Shown in pieces: positions 35,708-44,165 of a stretch of 64,000 nucleotides of DNA. The position numbers were made by a program, and so were the translations under genes. The first letter of the stretch is position 1. Each line of letters opens with the position of its first letter. Location of the stretch: the NCBI GenBank assembly GCA_045636425.1, contig JAZTXM010000003.1:4903-68902 (forward strand), given 5' to 3'. The notes below the pieces were generated by a model. The model was given only the letters and a program-made list of their open reading frames with translations. It was not told the DNA's origin and did not search any database. Origin of the DNA: Clostridia bacterium (lineage in GTDB: Bacteria > Bacillota > Clostridia > UMGS1883).

Positions 35708-36658
35708 CTAAAAAAAGATTCCGCTTCCGTCAAAATCTGGAATAAAGCTTTCTAAGGAGGCTTCTCCTTCTTGAATATACGCGTCTTCAATACCCAAGTT
35801 TATGCAAAAATCTATTATATTATCATATTCTTTATCAGACAGTTTTCTCTCTAAATTGTCAAACCCGCATTTTGTCACGGGAGTATACTGACTCATTATG
35901 CTAAGCACTATGTTGTCTTTATATTTTTCAAACACTTGTCTTATAACCTTTTTTGAATCCTCCGTATGCCCAGGCAGACACAAGTGCCTCACAATAACTC
36001 CTCTTTGTATAATGCCGCTTTCATCAAAAACCACTTCGGGCTTATACTGCACCATTTTTCCCAAGGCTTTCCACGCAACAACCGGATAATCCTCCGCCAA
36101 AGAGTAGAGCTTTGAAAGCCTACCATCCTCATATTTAAAATCCACTAAATACACATCTATTACATCCTTTAAAATCTCAAGTGTATTAAGCGATACATAT
36201 CCGCTGCTGTTCAGGATAACAGGAATCTTAAGCCCCCTTTTTTTCGCTTCTGTTATTGTATATTTAACGGTAGGTGCGTAATGCTCGGCAGTAACCAAAT
36301 TGATATTATGTGCTCCTTCGCCCTGTAACCTAAGGAATATTTTCACAAGCTGCTGCTCATCGACTATAGTGCCTTTGTTACCGCGGCTCAACCCATAATT
36401 TTGGCAATAACAGCACCTTAGAGTGCACCCTGAAAAGAAAACCGTTCCCGAACCGTTTGTTCCCGATATGCACGGTTCCTCCCAAAAATGCAAGGCTGCT
36501 CTGCCAATCTTAGGCATTGCGGTTTCTTTGCAAAAGCCTGTTTCCTTATATCTGTTTACTTTGCATTTTCTTGGACACAACTGACATTTCTCATATAATG
36601 AGTTCAGCACAAAACCACCTGCATTTTCATTAAAACAAAAGGGGATGTAAAAAATCAT
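35708..36658 (-). CDS. radical SAM protein (PflX-like activase family)
   Basis: CTLRCCYCQN is a CxxxCxxC motif. The start is uncertain: ATG 36658 lies inside a terminator-like hairpin, and GTG 36610 (VLNSLYEKCQLCPRKC) is the alternative. Confidence 0.75.
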   Translation of the reverse strand: MIFYIPFCFNENAGGFVLNSLYEKCQLCPRKCKVNRYKETGFCKETAMPKIGRAALHFWEEPCISGTNGSGTVFFSGCTLRCCYCQNYGLSRGNKGTIVDEQQLVKIFLRLQGEGAHNINLVTAEHYAPTVKYTITEAKKRGLKIPVILNSSGYVSLNTLEILKDVIDVYLVDFKYEDGRLSKLYSLAEDYPVVAWKALGKMVQYKPEVVFDESGIIQRGVIVRHLCLPGHTEDSKKVIRQVFEKYKDNIVLSIMSQYTPVTKCGFDNLERKLSDKEYDNIIDFCINLGIEDAYIQEGEASLESFIPDFDGSGIFF

Positions 36659-36669
36659 TTTTTACCCCC
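36641..36669. terminator. bidirectional terminator-like hairpin whose arms match the termini of the interspersed element
   Basis: GGGGATGTAAAAAATCATTTTTTACCCCC, flanked by AAAA and TTTTT. The first 14 nt are identical to the left end of element copy 4. Confidence 0.55.
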
Positions 36670-36686
36670 TTTTTCTATCATAGCCA

Positions 36687-37400
36687 TTAATAAATTCTTT
36701 CTGCACCTTTCAAAACACTATTAGGTCTTGAGAGGAGCTGTTTAAGTTCAGCATCACTGAGTTTCCTTTGAAGTATATTTACTGCTTGCGAATAGTCTGG
36801 TGCTCTGTCACTCAAATTATGACAGTCCGACCCTATGGCAAAAACCGCCCCTGATTTGATGAGCTTCACAGCTCTGCGCCTTGTTTTGAAATCATTTATA
36901 TACTTGCAGTTCATTTGCAAAAGCGAACCTATTTCTACCAATTCATATAACTTCTCCCGATTGCCTTTGTATTTCATATATCTTTCAAAATGAGCAATAA
37001 CAGGTGTTAAACCCTTTCCGATAATTCTCTCCACGCCTCTGACCATGTTTTCTGTCCACGGAGCAAAGGGCATTTCTACCAAAATATATTCCGTTCCCTT
37101 TATGCAAAATTCCTTAAGCTGCTCTATTCTCCACAGTTCTTCAAAATAGAGCACTTCACATCCCAAATATAATTCTATATCAACGGGATTTTTTTTAAGC
37201 TCAAGTAAAAGCTCTTGCAGTGAGTCTTCCCGCCTTTCGGCAAAAGTCTCCACAGAAGATGCATATGCGTAAAAATGAGGAGTAAGCAATACCTTTTCTA
37301 CGCCTTGATTTTTCAGTTCTTTCAAAAGAGCTACAGACATTTCCAAGCTGGTGCTTCCGTCATCAACTTCCGGTAAAATATGAGTATGAAAATCAATCAT
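36687..37400 (-). CDS. cpsB: PHP-family protein-tyrosine phosphatase (CpsB/YwqE type)
   Basis: The MIDFHTHILPEVDDGS N-terminus is diagnostic of CpsB. Confidence 0.85.
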   Translation of the reverse strand: MIDFHTHILPEVDDGSTSLEMSVALLKELKNQGVEKVLLTPHFYAYASSVETFAERREDSLQELLLELKKNPVDIELYLGCEVLYFEELWRIEQLKEFCIKGTEYILVEMPFAPWTENMVRGVERIIGKGLTPVIAHFERYMKYKGNREKLYELVEIGSLLQMNCKYINDFKTRRRAVKLIKSGAVFAIGSDCHNLSDRAPDYSQAVNILQRKLSDAELKQLLSRPNSVLKGAERIY

Positions 37401-37408
37401 ATAACACC

Positions 37409-38323
37409 CTACTTTTTATTTTTATTTGAGGTAGCCGTGCCTTGAGAACTTTTATTTGAATAACCATAGCCGTAGCCATAGCCGTAGCCGCCGTAGCCGT
37501 ATCCGCCGTAGCCGCCGTAGCCGTAGTTTCCGTAACCGCTTCTGTAATACTTCATTTTCCTTCCATATCGATAATATCCATGTTTGCCGTAACGATATCC
37601 CACCTTAATATCAGAGAGTCTTCCGTTCAGCACAAATCCGATAACATTTGCATCAACAAAAGAAAGCTTTTTAATTGCTTCTGAAACAGATTCCTTGTCT
37701 GTTCTTCCCTGCCTTACAACGAGGAGTATGCCATCAACCATATTTGACATAACAGCCGCATCGGTTACAATATTAATCGGAGAAGTATCCAGGAATATAT
37801 ATTCGTATATTTCAGACAGCTTATCAAGAGTATCGCTCATATTACTGCTTCCCAAAAGCTCAGCAGGATTGGGAGGCATGTCTCCCGACGGGATAACGTC
37901 TAAGTTTGCATACTCTGAATGGACAATTACTGAGTCAACAGTATTAAGATTAGCCAAAACATTGGAAAGACCCGGAGTAGAAGAAATGTTAAGCAGGTTT
38001 GCCACGTTTGGTTTTCTGAGGTCACAGTCTATAACCAGTACCTTTGCCCCTGTCTGTGCAAAAGATATTGCAAGATTAAGGCAATTTGTACTCTTACCCT
38101 CTCCTGCAAGCGCACTTGTCACAATTATTTTTTTTGCTCCCTCTCGGGGGATTGTAAACACCACATTTGTTCTGAGGGCTTTGTAAGCTTCCTTAACATG
38201 GAATGAACTTTTATCATTAAGCACCTTTGCTCTTTTTACCACTAAGGGGCTTCCCGCACTCAAACCGCCGTTTTTAGTAAACTTTAAAGAAAATTTCCTT
38301 AATCCGGATACGAAATTTGCCAT
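37409..38323 (-). CDS. cpsD: BY-kinase (CpsD/YwqD-type tyrosine autokinase) with an expanded Gly-Tyr tail
   Basis: Walker A SALAGEGKST, then VIDCDLRKP and LDTSP. The C-terminus carries 18 Tyr in about 65 residues. Confidence 0.85.
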   Translation of the reverse strand: MANFVSGLRKFSLKFTKNGGLSAGSPLVVKRAKVLNDKSSFHVKEAYKALRTNVVFTIPREGAKKIIVTSALAGEGKSTNCLNLAISFAQTGAKVLVIDCDLRKPNVANLLNISSTPGLSNVLANLNTVDSVIVHSEYANLDVIPSGDMPPNPAELLGSSNMSDTLDKLSEIYEYIFLDTSPINIVTDAAVMSNMVDGILLVVRQGRTDKESVSEAIKKLSFVDANVIGFVLNGRLSDIKVGYRYGKHGYYRYGRKMKYYRSGYGNYGYGGYGGYGYGGYGYGYGYGYSNKSSQGTATSNKNKK

Positions 38324-38415
38324 ATTTTAATCACATTCCTTTCACGTGCCGAAAAGTTTGAACAAACCCTTCCTGCACGCCCAATCATTCAATTACAACT
38401 ACTCACCACAGAGTA

Positions 38416-39165
38416 TTACGCTTCACTTTCCGAATAAGAATCATCATAGGAAATGAAGATTTCCGGAATTGTACCAAGCACGGGATAATCAAACCGGTTT
38501 ACAAGGTCATCAACGGATTTAACACGCACATCAAAAAGTTCTTTGAGAAGAATAAATGATATGCTAAGCACAAAGCCCAATAGCGCACCGATAATCGTAT
38601 TCATTCTTATATTCGGTGAAACAGGTGTGCCGGAAAGCTTAGCTTCGTCTATAATCTGAACCTTACTCAGCTCTATGAATTTCTGTATTTTCGTCGGAGC
38701 GACTTTTGCAATTGTATCGGCAATTTCTCTGGCAATACCGGGGTCTGTTGCCTCTATGGAAACTTTAATGATTTCTGTTTCCGAGACAGCTTCCGCAGTC
38801 ATCATTGTCCTTATTTTGCCGGCACTGAATTTCTTTTTCGTTCTGTCTTCCACCTGGTCGGCAACCTCTCTTAATACATTATCACTCTTAATCATTTCTA
38901 TGTAAGTAGGAACGAGCATCTGAGAAGCAGTAATATCACCGGAAAGAATTCTGGTTTCTACAACATCACTTTCAGTAACATTTCCCCGGTTGTTGACATA
39001 CATGGTTATGCTTGACTCATACTTAGGCGTCAGGAAATACTTACTTAGCGCAAATGAAATTAAACCAAATATCAACGTAATAACTACAATTGATACGATT
39101 CGGTCAAGCACAATCTCTATCATTTGTTTTATATCAATCTTTTCAATATCATTTGAATTATTCAT
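38416..39165 (-). CDS. cpsC: Wzz/CpsC-type chain-length determinant (BY-kinase transmembrane activator)
   Basis: Two TM helices flank a Wzz-like loop. Start ATG 39165 lies 6 nt after GGAGGG. Confidence 0.8.
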   Translation of the reverse strand: MNNSNDIEKIDIKQMIEIVLDRIVSIVVITLIFGLISFALSKYFLTPKYESSITMYVNNRGNVTESDVVETRILSGDITASQMLVPTYIEMIKSDNVLREVADQVEDRTKKKFSAGKIRTMMTAEAVSETEIIKVSIEATDPGIAREIADTIAKVAPTKIQKFIELSKVQIIDEAKLSGTPVSPNIRMNTIIGALLGFVLSISFILLKELFDVRVKSVDDLVNRFDYPVLGTIPEIFISYDDSYSESEA

Positions 39166-39293
39166 GCAAAGCCCTCCAAATTGTTTTATCGCTTTCCACA
39201 CGGGAGTATTAACAATGGTACTCTCCGCGTTATTGCATATACATTTTTATTTTAATACATAACAGGTGTCTTTGTCAATAGGAATAATGGTTT

Positions 39294-39764
39294 TCAGCCA
39301 TTCTTTTCATATTCTGAATCAATATTTGTCGCATCATGGGTATATGCCTCCACTGCCATGGCATCACATATTTCATTATACTTATTTCCGGCATGTCCTT
39401 TAACCCATATAAAACTGACACGATGAATTTTTATAAGTTCAAGCAACATTTCCCACAAATCCCTGTTTAGAACCGCCTTTTTGTCAGATTTTCTCCAGCC
39501 GTTTTTAATCCAGGAATCAAGCCAGTGCTGATTAATTGCATCCGTAAGATACTTAGAATCACTGTAAAGATCCACGTCGCATTTTTCCTTGAGAAGCCTC
39601 AGCGACTCAATAGCTGCCATAAGCTCCATTCTGTTGTTTGTGGTTTTTCTGTACCCGCGGCTTATCTGCTTTTCGCTGCCGTTGTATATAAGAACAGCAC
39701 CGAACCCGCCTTTTCCCGGATTGCCAGTGCAGGCTCCATCGGTGTAGATTTCAACTTTTTTCAA
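39294..39764 (-). CDS. rnhA: ribonuclease HI
   Basis: [21 protein letters not shown] motif. I prefer TTG 39764, which lies 8 nt after GGGAG, over TTG 39779. Confidence 0.85.
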   Translation of the reverse strand: MKKVEIYTDGACTGNPGKGGFGAVLIYNGSEKQISRGYRKTTNNRMELMAAIESLRLLKEKCDVDLYSDSKYLTDAINQHWLDSWIKNGWRKSDKKAVLNRDLWEMLLELIKIHRVSFIWVKGHAGNKYNEICDAMAVEAYTHDATNIDSEYEKNG

Positions 39765-39833
39765 AATAACAACTCCCAAAAGGGGGACTGCAGCATAATG
39801 TTATGCTACAGTCCCTCTCTATTTAATACACTC

Positions 39834-40784
39834 TTAGTTTATTTCTACATTTTGCACAAGAGGAATGAATATCGCCTTACCTCTTGCGGCATAGAATCTT
39901 CCTGTTGTGCCGTCCTCATATTTTTTAACAAGCTCCAAAGGATTTTTGTTAAGGTAAATTTTTGTGCCCATTCCTATTCCTCGAATTGATGCATAGGTTC
40001 CCGAATTAATGGAAACCTGCTCTCCTCGGATAACAATTTTTTCGCAAACGCAATCGGTAAAATTAACTATTTCACTGATGCCGTCTCCAAGGTAGATAAT
40101 TTTATCACTGCTTACACCTTTAAAAGAAACATTTTTTGCTCTTACAAGAACATTTCCCTCGGGGAGTGTTGTATACTCGCCATCCTCGTCGATATAAACA
40201 TCGACAATTCTACCCATAATCTGGGCAAACTCAAGTCTGGTCATGGCGTCAAGAGGTCTTAACTCGGTTATATCACCAAGATAGCCTGCCGCTGCAATGC
40301 TTCTTGCCTCAACCTGTGCCCATGATGCAACATTAGCCTTATCGGTATACTTTTCAAGTGCGTTTTCATCAGTGTCCTGTATATCGAAAATTCTGCAAAG
40401 AACAATAAATGCTTCCTGGCGGGTAATGGTATTATTGGGATTAAGACAACTGTTTGTATCCCCTTTGAATGCATCCATGTAAACAGCCTTTGCCATGGCA
40501 TCGTAATACCAGTCGCCTTCTTTCACATCAACAAAAGAAGAAATATCCGCTTTTTTCTCCGCATTCATGGCTCTTGACATGATCGTTGCCATCTGCGCTC
40601 TTGTGATGGGAGTCTGAGGCTGAATGCTTCCGTCCTCAAAGCCTGCTATAAGACCATTGTCAACAGCTTTTTGCAAAACCTCACCATCCTGCCCTGAAGG
40701 CATATCGGTAAACGCCGCAAATGCGCCTACAGACATCGAAAGGACAAGAATCAAACTAAGTACGATAACACTAATTTTTTTCAT
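39834..40784 (-). CDS. secreted S-layer-homology (SLH) domain protein
   Basis: Signal peptide, then an SLH repeat FTDMPSGQDG...ITRAQMATIMSRAM and further SLH-like repeats. Confidence 0.8.
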   Translation of the reverse strand: MKKISVIVLSLILVLSMSVGAFAAFTDMPSGQDGEVLQKAVDNGLIAGFEDGSIQPQTPITRAQMATIMSRAMNAEKKADISSFVDVKEGDWYYDAMAKAVYMDAFKGDTNSCLNPNNTITRQEAFIVLCRIFDIQDTDENALEKYTDKANVASWAQVEARSIAAAGYLGDITELRPLDAMTRLEFAQIMGRIVDVYIDEDGEYTTLPEGNVLVRAKNVSFKGVSSDKIIYLGDGISEIVNFTDCVCEKIVIRGEQVSINSGTYASIRGIGMGTKIYLNKNPLELVKKYEDGTTGRFYAARGKAIFIPLVQNVEIN

Positions 40785-40853
40785 TTTCTACACCTCTATA
40801 TGTATATTTTTAATTATAAATTCAACACCTATTATTTACTGCTTATTATGTAT

Positions 40854-41033
40854 CCCCGCAGTGCCGTTTATTTCGGACTATTCTAAACCTGCCAAAGCAG
40901 GTGGGTGACTCGCTCACCGCTCCTGGGTTTCCCTCTGGCATAGCAAGGGCTTACACGCCACGGCAAGACATTCGGTCTCCCTATATAGATGTGTTGGTTA
41001 AAATAAATCCGTAATTGCGCACACCGCAGGGGG
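40854..41033 (-). ncRNA. candidate structured 5' leader / cis-regulatory RNA of the SLH gene (class unknown)
   Basis: On the minus strand the closing helix is CCCC..GCGGUG / CACUGC-GGGG. A second long-range helix GGAUUUAUUUUAACC / GGUUUAGAAUAGUCC and internal hairpins follow. It lies between a promoter and the SD. Confidence 0.4.
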
Positions 41034-41048
41034 ATTGCTCATGTTTTA

Positions 41049-41077
41049 AGTATAACACATTTTTAAGGACAAATCAA
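41049..41077 (-). promoter_or_regulatory. promoter driving the structured leader and the SLH gene
   Basis: On the minus strand: TTGATT (41077-41072), 17-nt spacer, TGtTATACT (-10 at 41054-41049). Confidence 0.5.
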
Positions 41078-41340
41078 TCCAAAAACTCAAATTCGTCCTT
41101 ATTATTTTCCTTGAAAATATTGTACACCTTGTCAAATATTTCGCCATCGTCAATACCTTCAAGCATTTCTTCCCCATTAACTTCAATAAGTTTCATAACA
41201 AAAACTTCGCCGTCAATTTCCTCTCCATCTGATGCAGGGACAAGCAAGAAGTACGTTTCTCCATCAAGCTCGACCGAGTCGAGAAATTCATAATCCTCCT
41301 CAACTGTTTCAAACGTGGTTTCCTTTGTATTCTCTTCCAT
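41074..41340 (-). CDS. DUF1292-family small acidic protein (YrzB-like)
   Basis: 88 aa and acidic. It sits directly after ruvX, as in the Bacillus yrrK-yrzB pair. AAGGAG lies 8 nt before ATG 41340. Confidence 0.7.
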   Translation of the reverse strand: MEENTKETTFETVEEDYEFLDSVELDGETYFLLVPASDGEEIDGEVFVMKLIEVNGEEMLEGIDDGEIFDKVYNIFKENNKDEFEFLD

Positions 41341-41356
41341 TGCGATTTCTCCTTTT

Positions 41357-41767
41357 TTATAAATTAGCGTCAAGATAACCTTGCAGAATAATCACTGCCG
41401 CTATCTTGTCCACCTTGGTTTTTCTCTTTTTTCCGCTGACCCCGCCGCTTTCCAAAATGCGGTGTGCCTCGGTGCTGGAAAGCCTTTCATCCCACATAAC
41501 ATATGGGACTTCAAGCATTTTCGACAGGTCACGGGCAAACTCCTCGGTATACTCAGCACGATGTCCTATGCTTCCGTCCATACGTTTGGGATTACCCACT
41601 ACAATTTTTTCCACGCCGTGTTCTCTTGCTACACTGGCGGTTTTTTCAAGCTGCAAGGCCCTGTCCTTTTCACAGATAGTGTCCAGGGGATTTGCCAATA
41701 TTCCCAAAGCATCGCTTACCGCCACGCCTATTCTTGCCTCGCCGTAATCAAGACCTAAAATTTTCAT
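41357..41767 (-). CDS. ruvX: Holliday junction resolvase-like RuvX (YqgF)
   Basis: MKILGLDYGEARIGVAVSD is the YqgF signature. Confidence 0.9.
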   Translation of the reverse strand: MKILGLDYGEARIGVAVSDALGILANPLDTICEKDRALQLEKTASVAREHGVEKIVVGNPKRMDGSIGHRAEYTEEFARDLSKMLEVPYVMWDERLSSTEAHRILESGGVSGKKRKTKVDKIAAVIILQGYLDANL

Positions 41768-41825
41768 ATTAATTCACCATAAGTTATTATAACAGATAGT
41801 TTTTTCATTTGCAAGATATTTATAC

Positions 41826-41868
41826 AAAAAGGGCGGTGTAAAAAAACCGAGTTTTTTTACACCGCCTC
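41826..41868 (-). terminator. rho-independent terminator
   Basis: GGGCGGTGTAAAAAAA-ccgag-TTTTTTTACACCGCC, with a U-run on the minus strand. Confidence 0.8.
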
Positions 41869-41873
41869 TCACG

Positions 41874-42482
41874 TTATGCCATTTTTTCTATTTTTGTTAT
41901 AGACAATTCGTACGCCGTTCTGATTTCTGTTTCTTCTTCGGAAATTTTCTTGCTGTAATTTCTCGATTGCAGTCTGCCCCAAAGCATAACATTGCTTCCT
42001 ACTTCAAGGTTTTCGGAGAACACGGCATTTTTGCCCCATGCAATGGCAGGAATATAATCGGAACGATTAAAGGCACGATTTACAGCCACTATCAAATCGG
42101 TGATTTCTCTGCCGAAAGGAGTTCGCCTGTAAATAGGTGCTTTACATATAAACCCGTTTATAAAAATCTCGTTTGGATTTTCATTATCCTCCGATATTGC
42201 AGGGGCAATTCCCTTGGCAAAAACCGTCAGTATTAAACGCGTCTTCGTTCCCGTATACTTGTTATAGCTTCTAAGCTGTCCTTTTACTTTTACCTTATTT
42301 CCGTTTTTTATCAGAACAGGATCCATTTGTCTTGCAGCTACAGTCACCGGCAGTAAATCGTCATTTTCCGAGAGTCTGGGTACTCTTAATGTGAAAGAGT
42401 AAAAATCCTCCCCCAAAACGCTGTGACTGTAAATCGGCTCTGTTTCTACGGTTCCTGTTAATGTTATTACGTTATTTTCCAA
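41874..42482 (-). CDS. tandem OB-fold, SSB-like protein
   Basis: Two internally similar halves (ITLTGTVETEPIY... and IFINGFICKAPIY...). TTG start 9 nt after AAGGAG. The functional assignment is tentative. Confidence 0.5.
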   Translation of the reverse strand: MENNVITLTGTVETEPIYSHSVLGEDFYSFTLRVPRLSENDDLLPVTVAARQMDPVLIKNGNKVKVKGQLRSYNKYTGTKTRLILTVFAKGIAPAISEDNENPNEIFINGFICKAPIYRRTPFGREITDLIVAVNRAFNRSDYIPAIAWGKNAVFSENLEVGSNVMLWGRLQSRNYSKKISEEETEIRTAYELSITKIEKMA

Positions 42483-42609
42483 GGTTTACAACTCCTTTTT
42501 TTATGTAGCTGATTTGTGCAACATGTATTATCTATTATATTCACCCATATTTAAAACTATTACTAAAATTTTAAGAATATCGGGATTTTTTTCCTATATA
42601 CTGTAATGG

Positions 42610-43338
42610 GTGATTTCTATGATAATTATTACTCGCAGAAAATTTGTAACATTCCTGCTTTTTTCAATATTATTTGTCGCCGCACTGATTGGTCACGACA
42701 ATAATACAGCGGAAGTTTTTTCGGGGAAGCTTACAAAACGCATTATAATTGACGCCGGACACGGCTTTCCCGACGGCGGAGCTGTGGGTGCAAGCGGGAC
42801 GATTGAATGTACACTTAACCTTAAAATTGCCAAAAGAATTGAAAAAGAGCTTAAAAAAAAGGGCTATACGGTAATTATGACACGCACTGGAGAAGATTCC
42901 CCGATTTCGGGCGAAGATACCATTTCCAATAAAAAGCACAAGGATATGTACAGGAGGCTTAATATAATAAATAATTCGGAGGCGGATTTATTTGTCAGTA
43001 TTCATATGAACAAATTCAGTGATTCACGCTATCGGGGTGCTCAGGTAATATATTCGGGTAATTTTACCCAATCACATAGCGTGGCACAGTTTATTCAGGC
43101 AGAGCTTAATTTTCTGCCCGAAAACATTTCAAAAAGAACACAGCTTAAATCTCCCGATTCAATCTTTCTTTTACGAAAGGCACAAATTCCTGCCGTGATA
43201 GTAGAATGCGGCTTCCTTTCCAATTTTGAGGAGGAGGAGCTTTTAGGAACGCCTAAATATCAGCAAAAGCTTTCAAAAGCCATAGTAAAAGGAATAGAAA
43301 AATATTATAACAGTGAAAGGAAAGACTCCTCATTATGA
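42610..43338 (+). CDS. cwlD: N-acetylmuramoyl-L-alanine amidase CwlD (Amidase_3)
   Basis: IIIDAGHGFPDGGAVG, SIHMN and an N-terminal TM helix. Adjacent to a cortex deacetylase gene. Confidence 0.8.
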   Translation: MISMIIITRRKFVTFLLFSILFVAALIGHDNNTAEVFSGKLTKRIIIDAGHGFPDGGAVGASGTIECTLNLKIAKRIEKELKKKGYTVIMTRTGEDSPISGEDTISNKKHKDMYRRLNIINNSEADLFVSIHMNKFSDSRYRGAQVIYSGNFTQSHSVAQFIQAELNFLPENISKRTQLKSPDSIFLLRKAQIPAVIVECGFLSNFEEEELLGTPKYQQKLSKAIVKGIEKYYNSERKDSSL

Positions 43339-44090
43339 AAATTTATGTAACGGACAAATACAGAATAATAACCTTTCTGCTCATATGCTCAATAATAGGC
43401 TTGGGCACATATCTTGCAAAAACGCCCACTGTCCCCGCGTCTTCTCAGGGCAAAATAATTCCTATCTACTCTGTTTCGCGTGATGACGGAAAGATTGCAA
43501 TTACATTTGACTGTGCATGGGGAAGCGATGATATAGACAGCATCATCGAAACGCTCCAAAAGCACAACTGCAAGGCGACATTTTTCGTTTTGGGAAGCTG
43601 GGCAGAAAAAAATCCCGATGTCATCAAAAAGCTTGTCGCATCGGGGCACGAGATAGGAAACCACAGCTATAATCATACTCATTACACCACTCTCGGCATA
43701 GGCGAAATTCTCTCCGACATACAAAAAGCCGATGATGCAATTACCAAAGCAGGAGCACCCTCCCCCACACTTTTAAGAGCACCGTCGGGAGATTATAATA
43801 ACGATGTTATCAACGCTTCAAAGGAAGCGGGTATGGAATATATACAGTGGTCGGTTGATTCACTTGACTGGAAAAATCTTAACTGCGAGCAGATGTTAGA
43901 GAGAATTATCCCCAAAACGCAATCGGGGGATATACTTTTATTCCATAACGACACTGCACACACCGCCGAAAGCCTTGACACTATTTTAACCGAGCTTGAA
44001 AAAAAGGGATTTTCCTTTTTAAAGGTCAGCGACTTGATTTATAAGGATAATTATACTATTGACCATACAGGACGGCAGATTAAGCAGTAA
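43335..44090 (+). CDS. polysaccharide deacetylase family sporulation protein (PdaA/PdaB-like)
   Basis: NodB motifs FDCAWG and HEIGNHSYNH. ATGA overlap with cwlD. Confidence 0.8.
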   Translation: MKIYVTDKYRIITFLLICSIIGLGTYLAKTPTVPASSQGKIIPIYSVSRDDGKIAITFDCAWGSDDIDSIIETLQKHNCKATFFVLGSWAEKNPDVIKKLVASGHEIGNHSYNHTHYTTLGIGEILSDIQKADDAITKAGAPSPTLLRAPSGDYNNDVINASKEAGMEYIQWSVDSLDWKNLNCEQMLERIIPKTQSGDILLFHNDTAHTAESLDTILTELEKKGFSFLKVSDLIYKDNYTIDHTGRQIKQ

Positions 44091-44095
44091 ATAGC

Positions 44096-44137
44096 AAATG
44101 GTCAGGGATTCTCTTTTGAGATTCCCTGACCATTTTT
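44096..44137 (+). terminator. rho-independent terminator
   Basis: AAATGGTCAGGGATTCTC-tttt-GAGATTCCCTGACCATTTTT. Confidence 0.85.
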
Positions 44138-44165
44138 AGGGCGAACAAATTATTATTTTTTTGTT

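Noticed and set aside
37461-37540. Short tandem repeats that might suggest a CRISPR or VNTR locus.
   Set aside because: The units are 6 nt, have no spacers, and lie in frame inside the BY-kinase gene encoding the Gly-Tyr tail.
40854-41033. Assignment of the SLH leader to cobalamin, c-di-GMP, c-di-AMP, glycine, TPP or guanidine riboswitches, or to SRP or 6S RNA.
   Set aside because: The hallmark sequences as I recall them are absent or only loosely resembled. These include the B12 box, GGUCCGGAAGGAAGCAGC, ACGCACAGGGCAAACC and CUGAGA...ACCUGAUCUGGAUAAUGCCAGCG. I therefore left it unclassified.
42560-42609. A forespore or mother-cell sigma promoter upstream of cwlD (GAATA...ATATACT).
   Set aside because: The spacing and -10 match are too loose to call without a scoring matrix.
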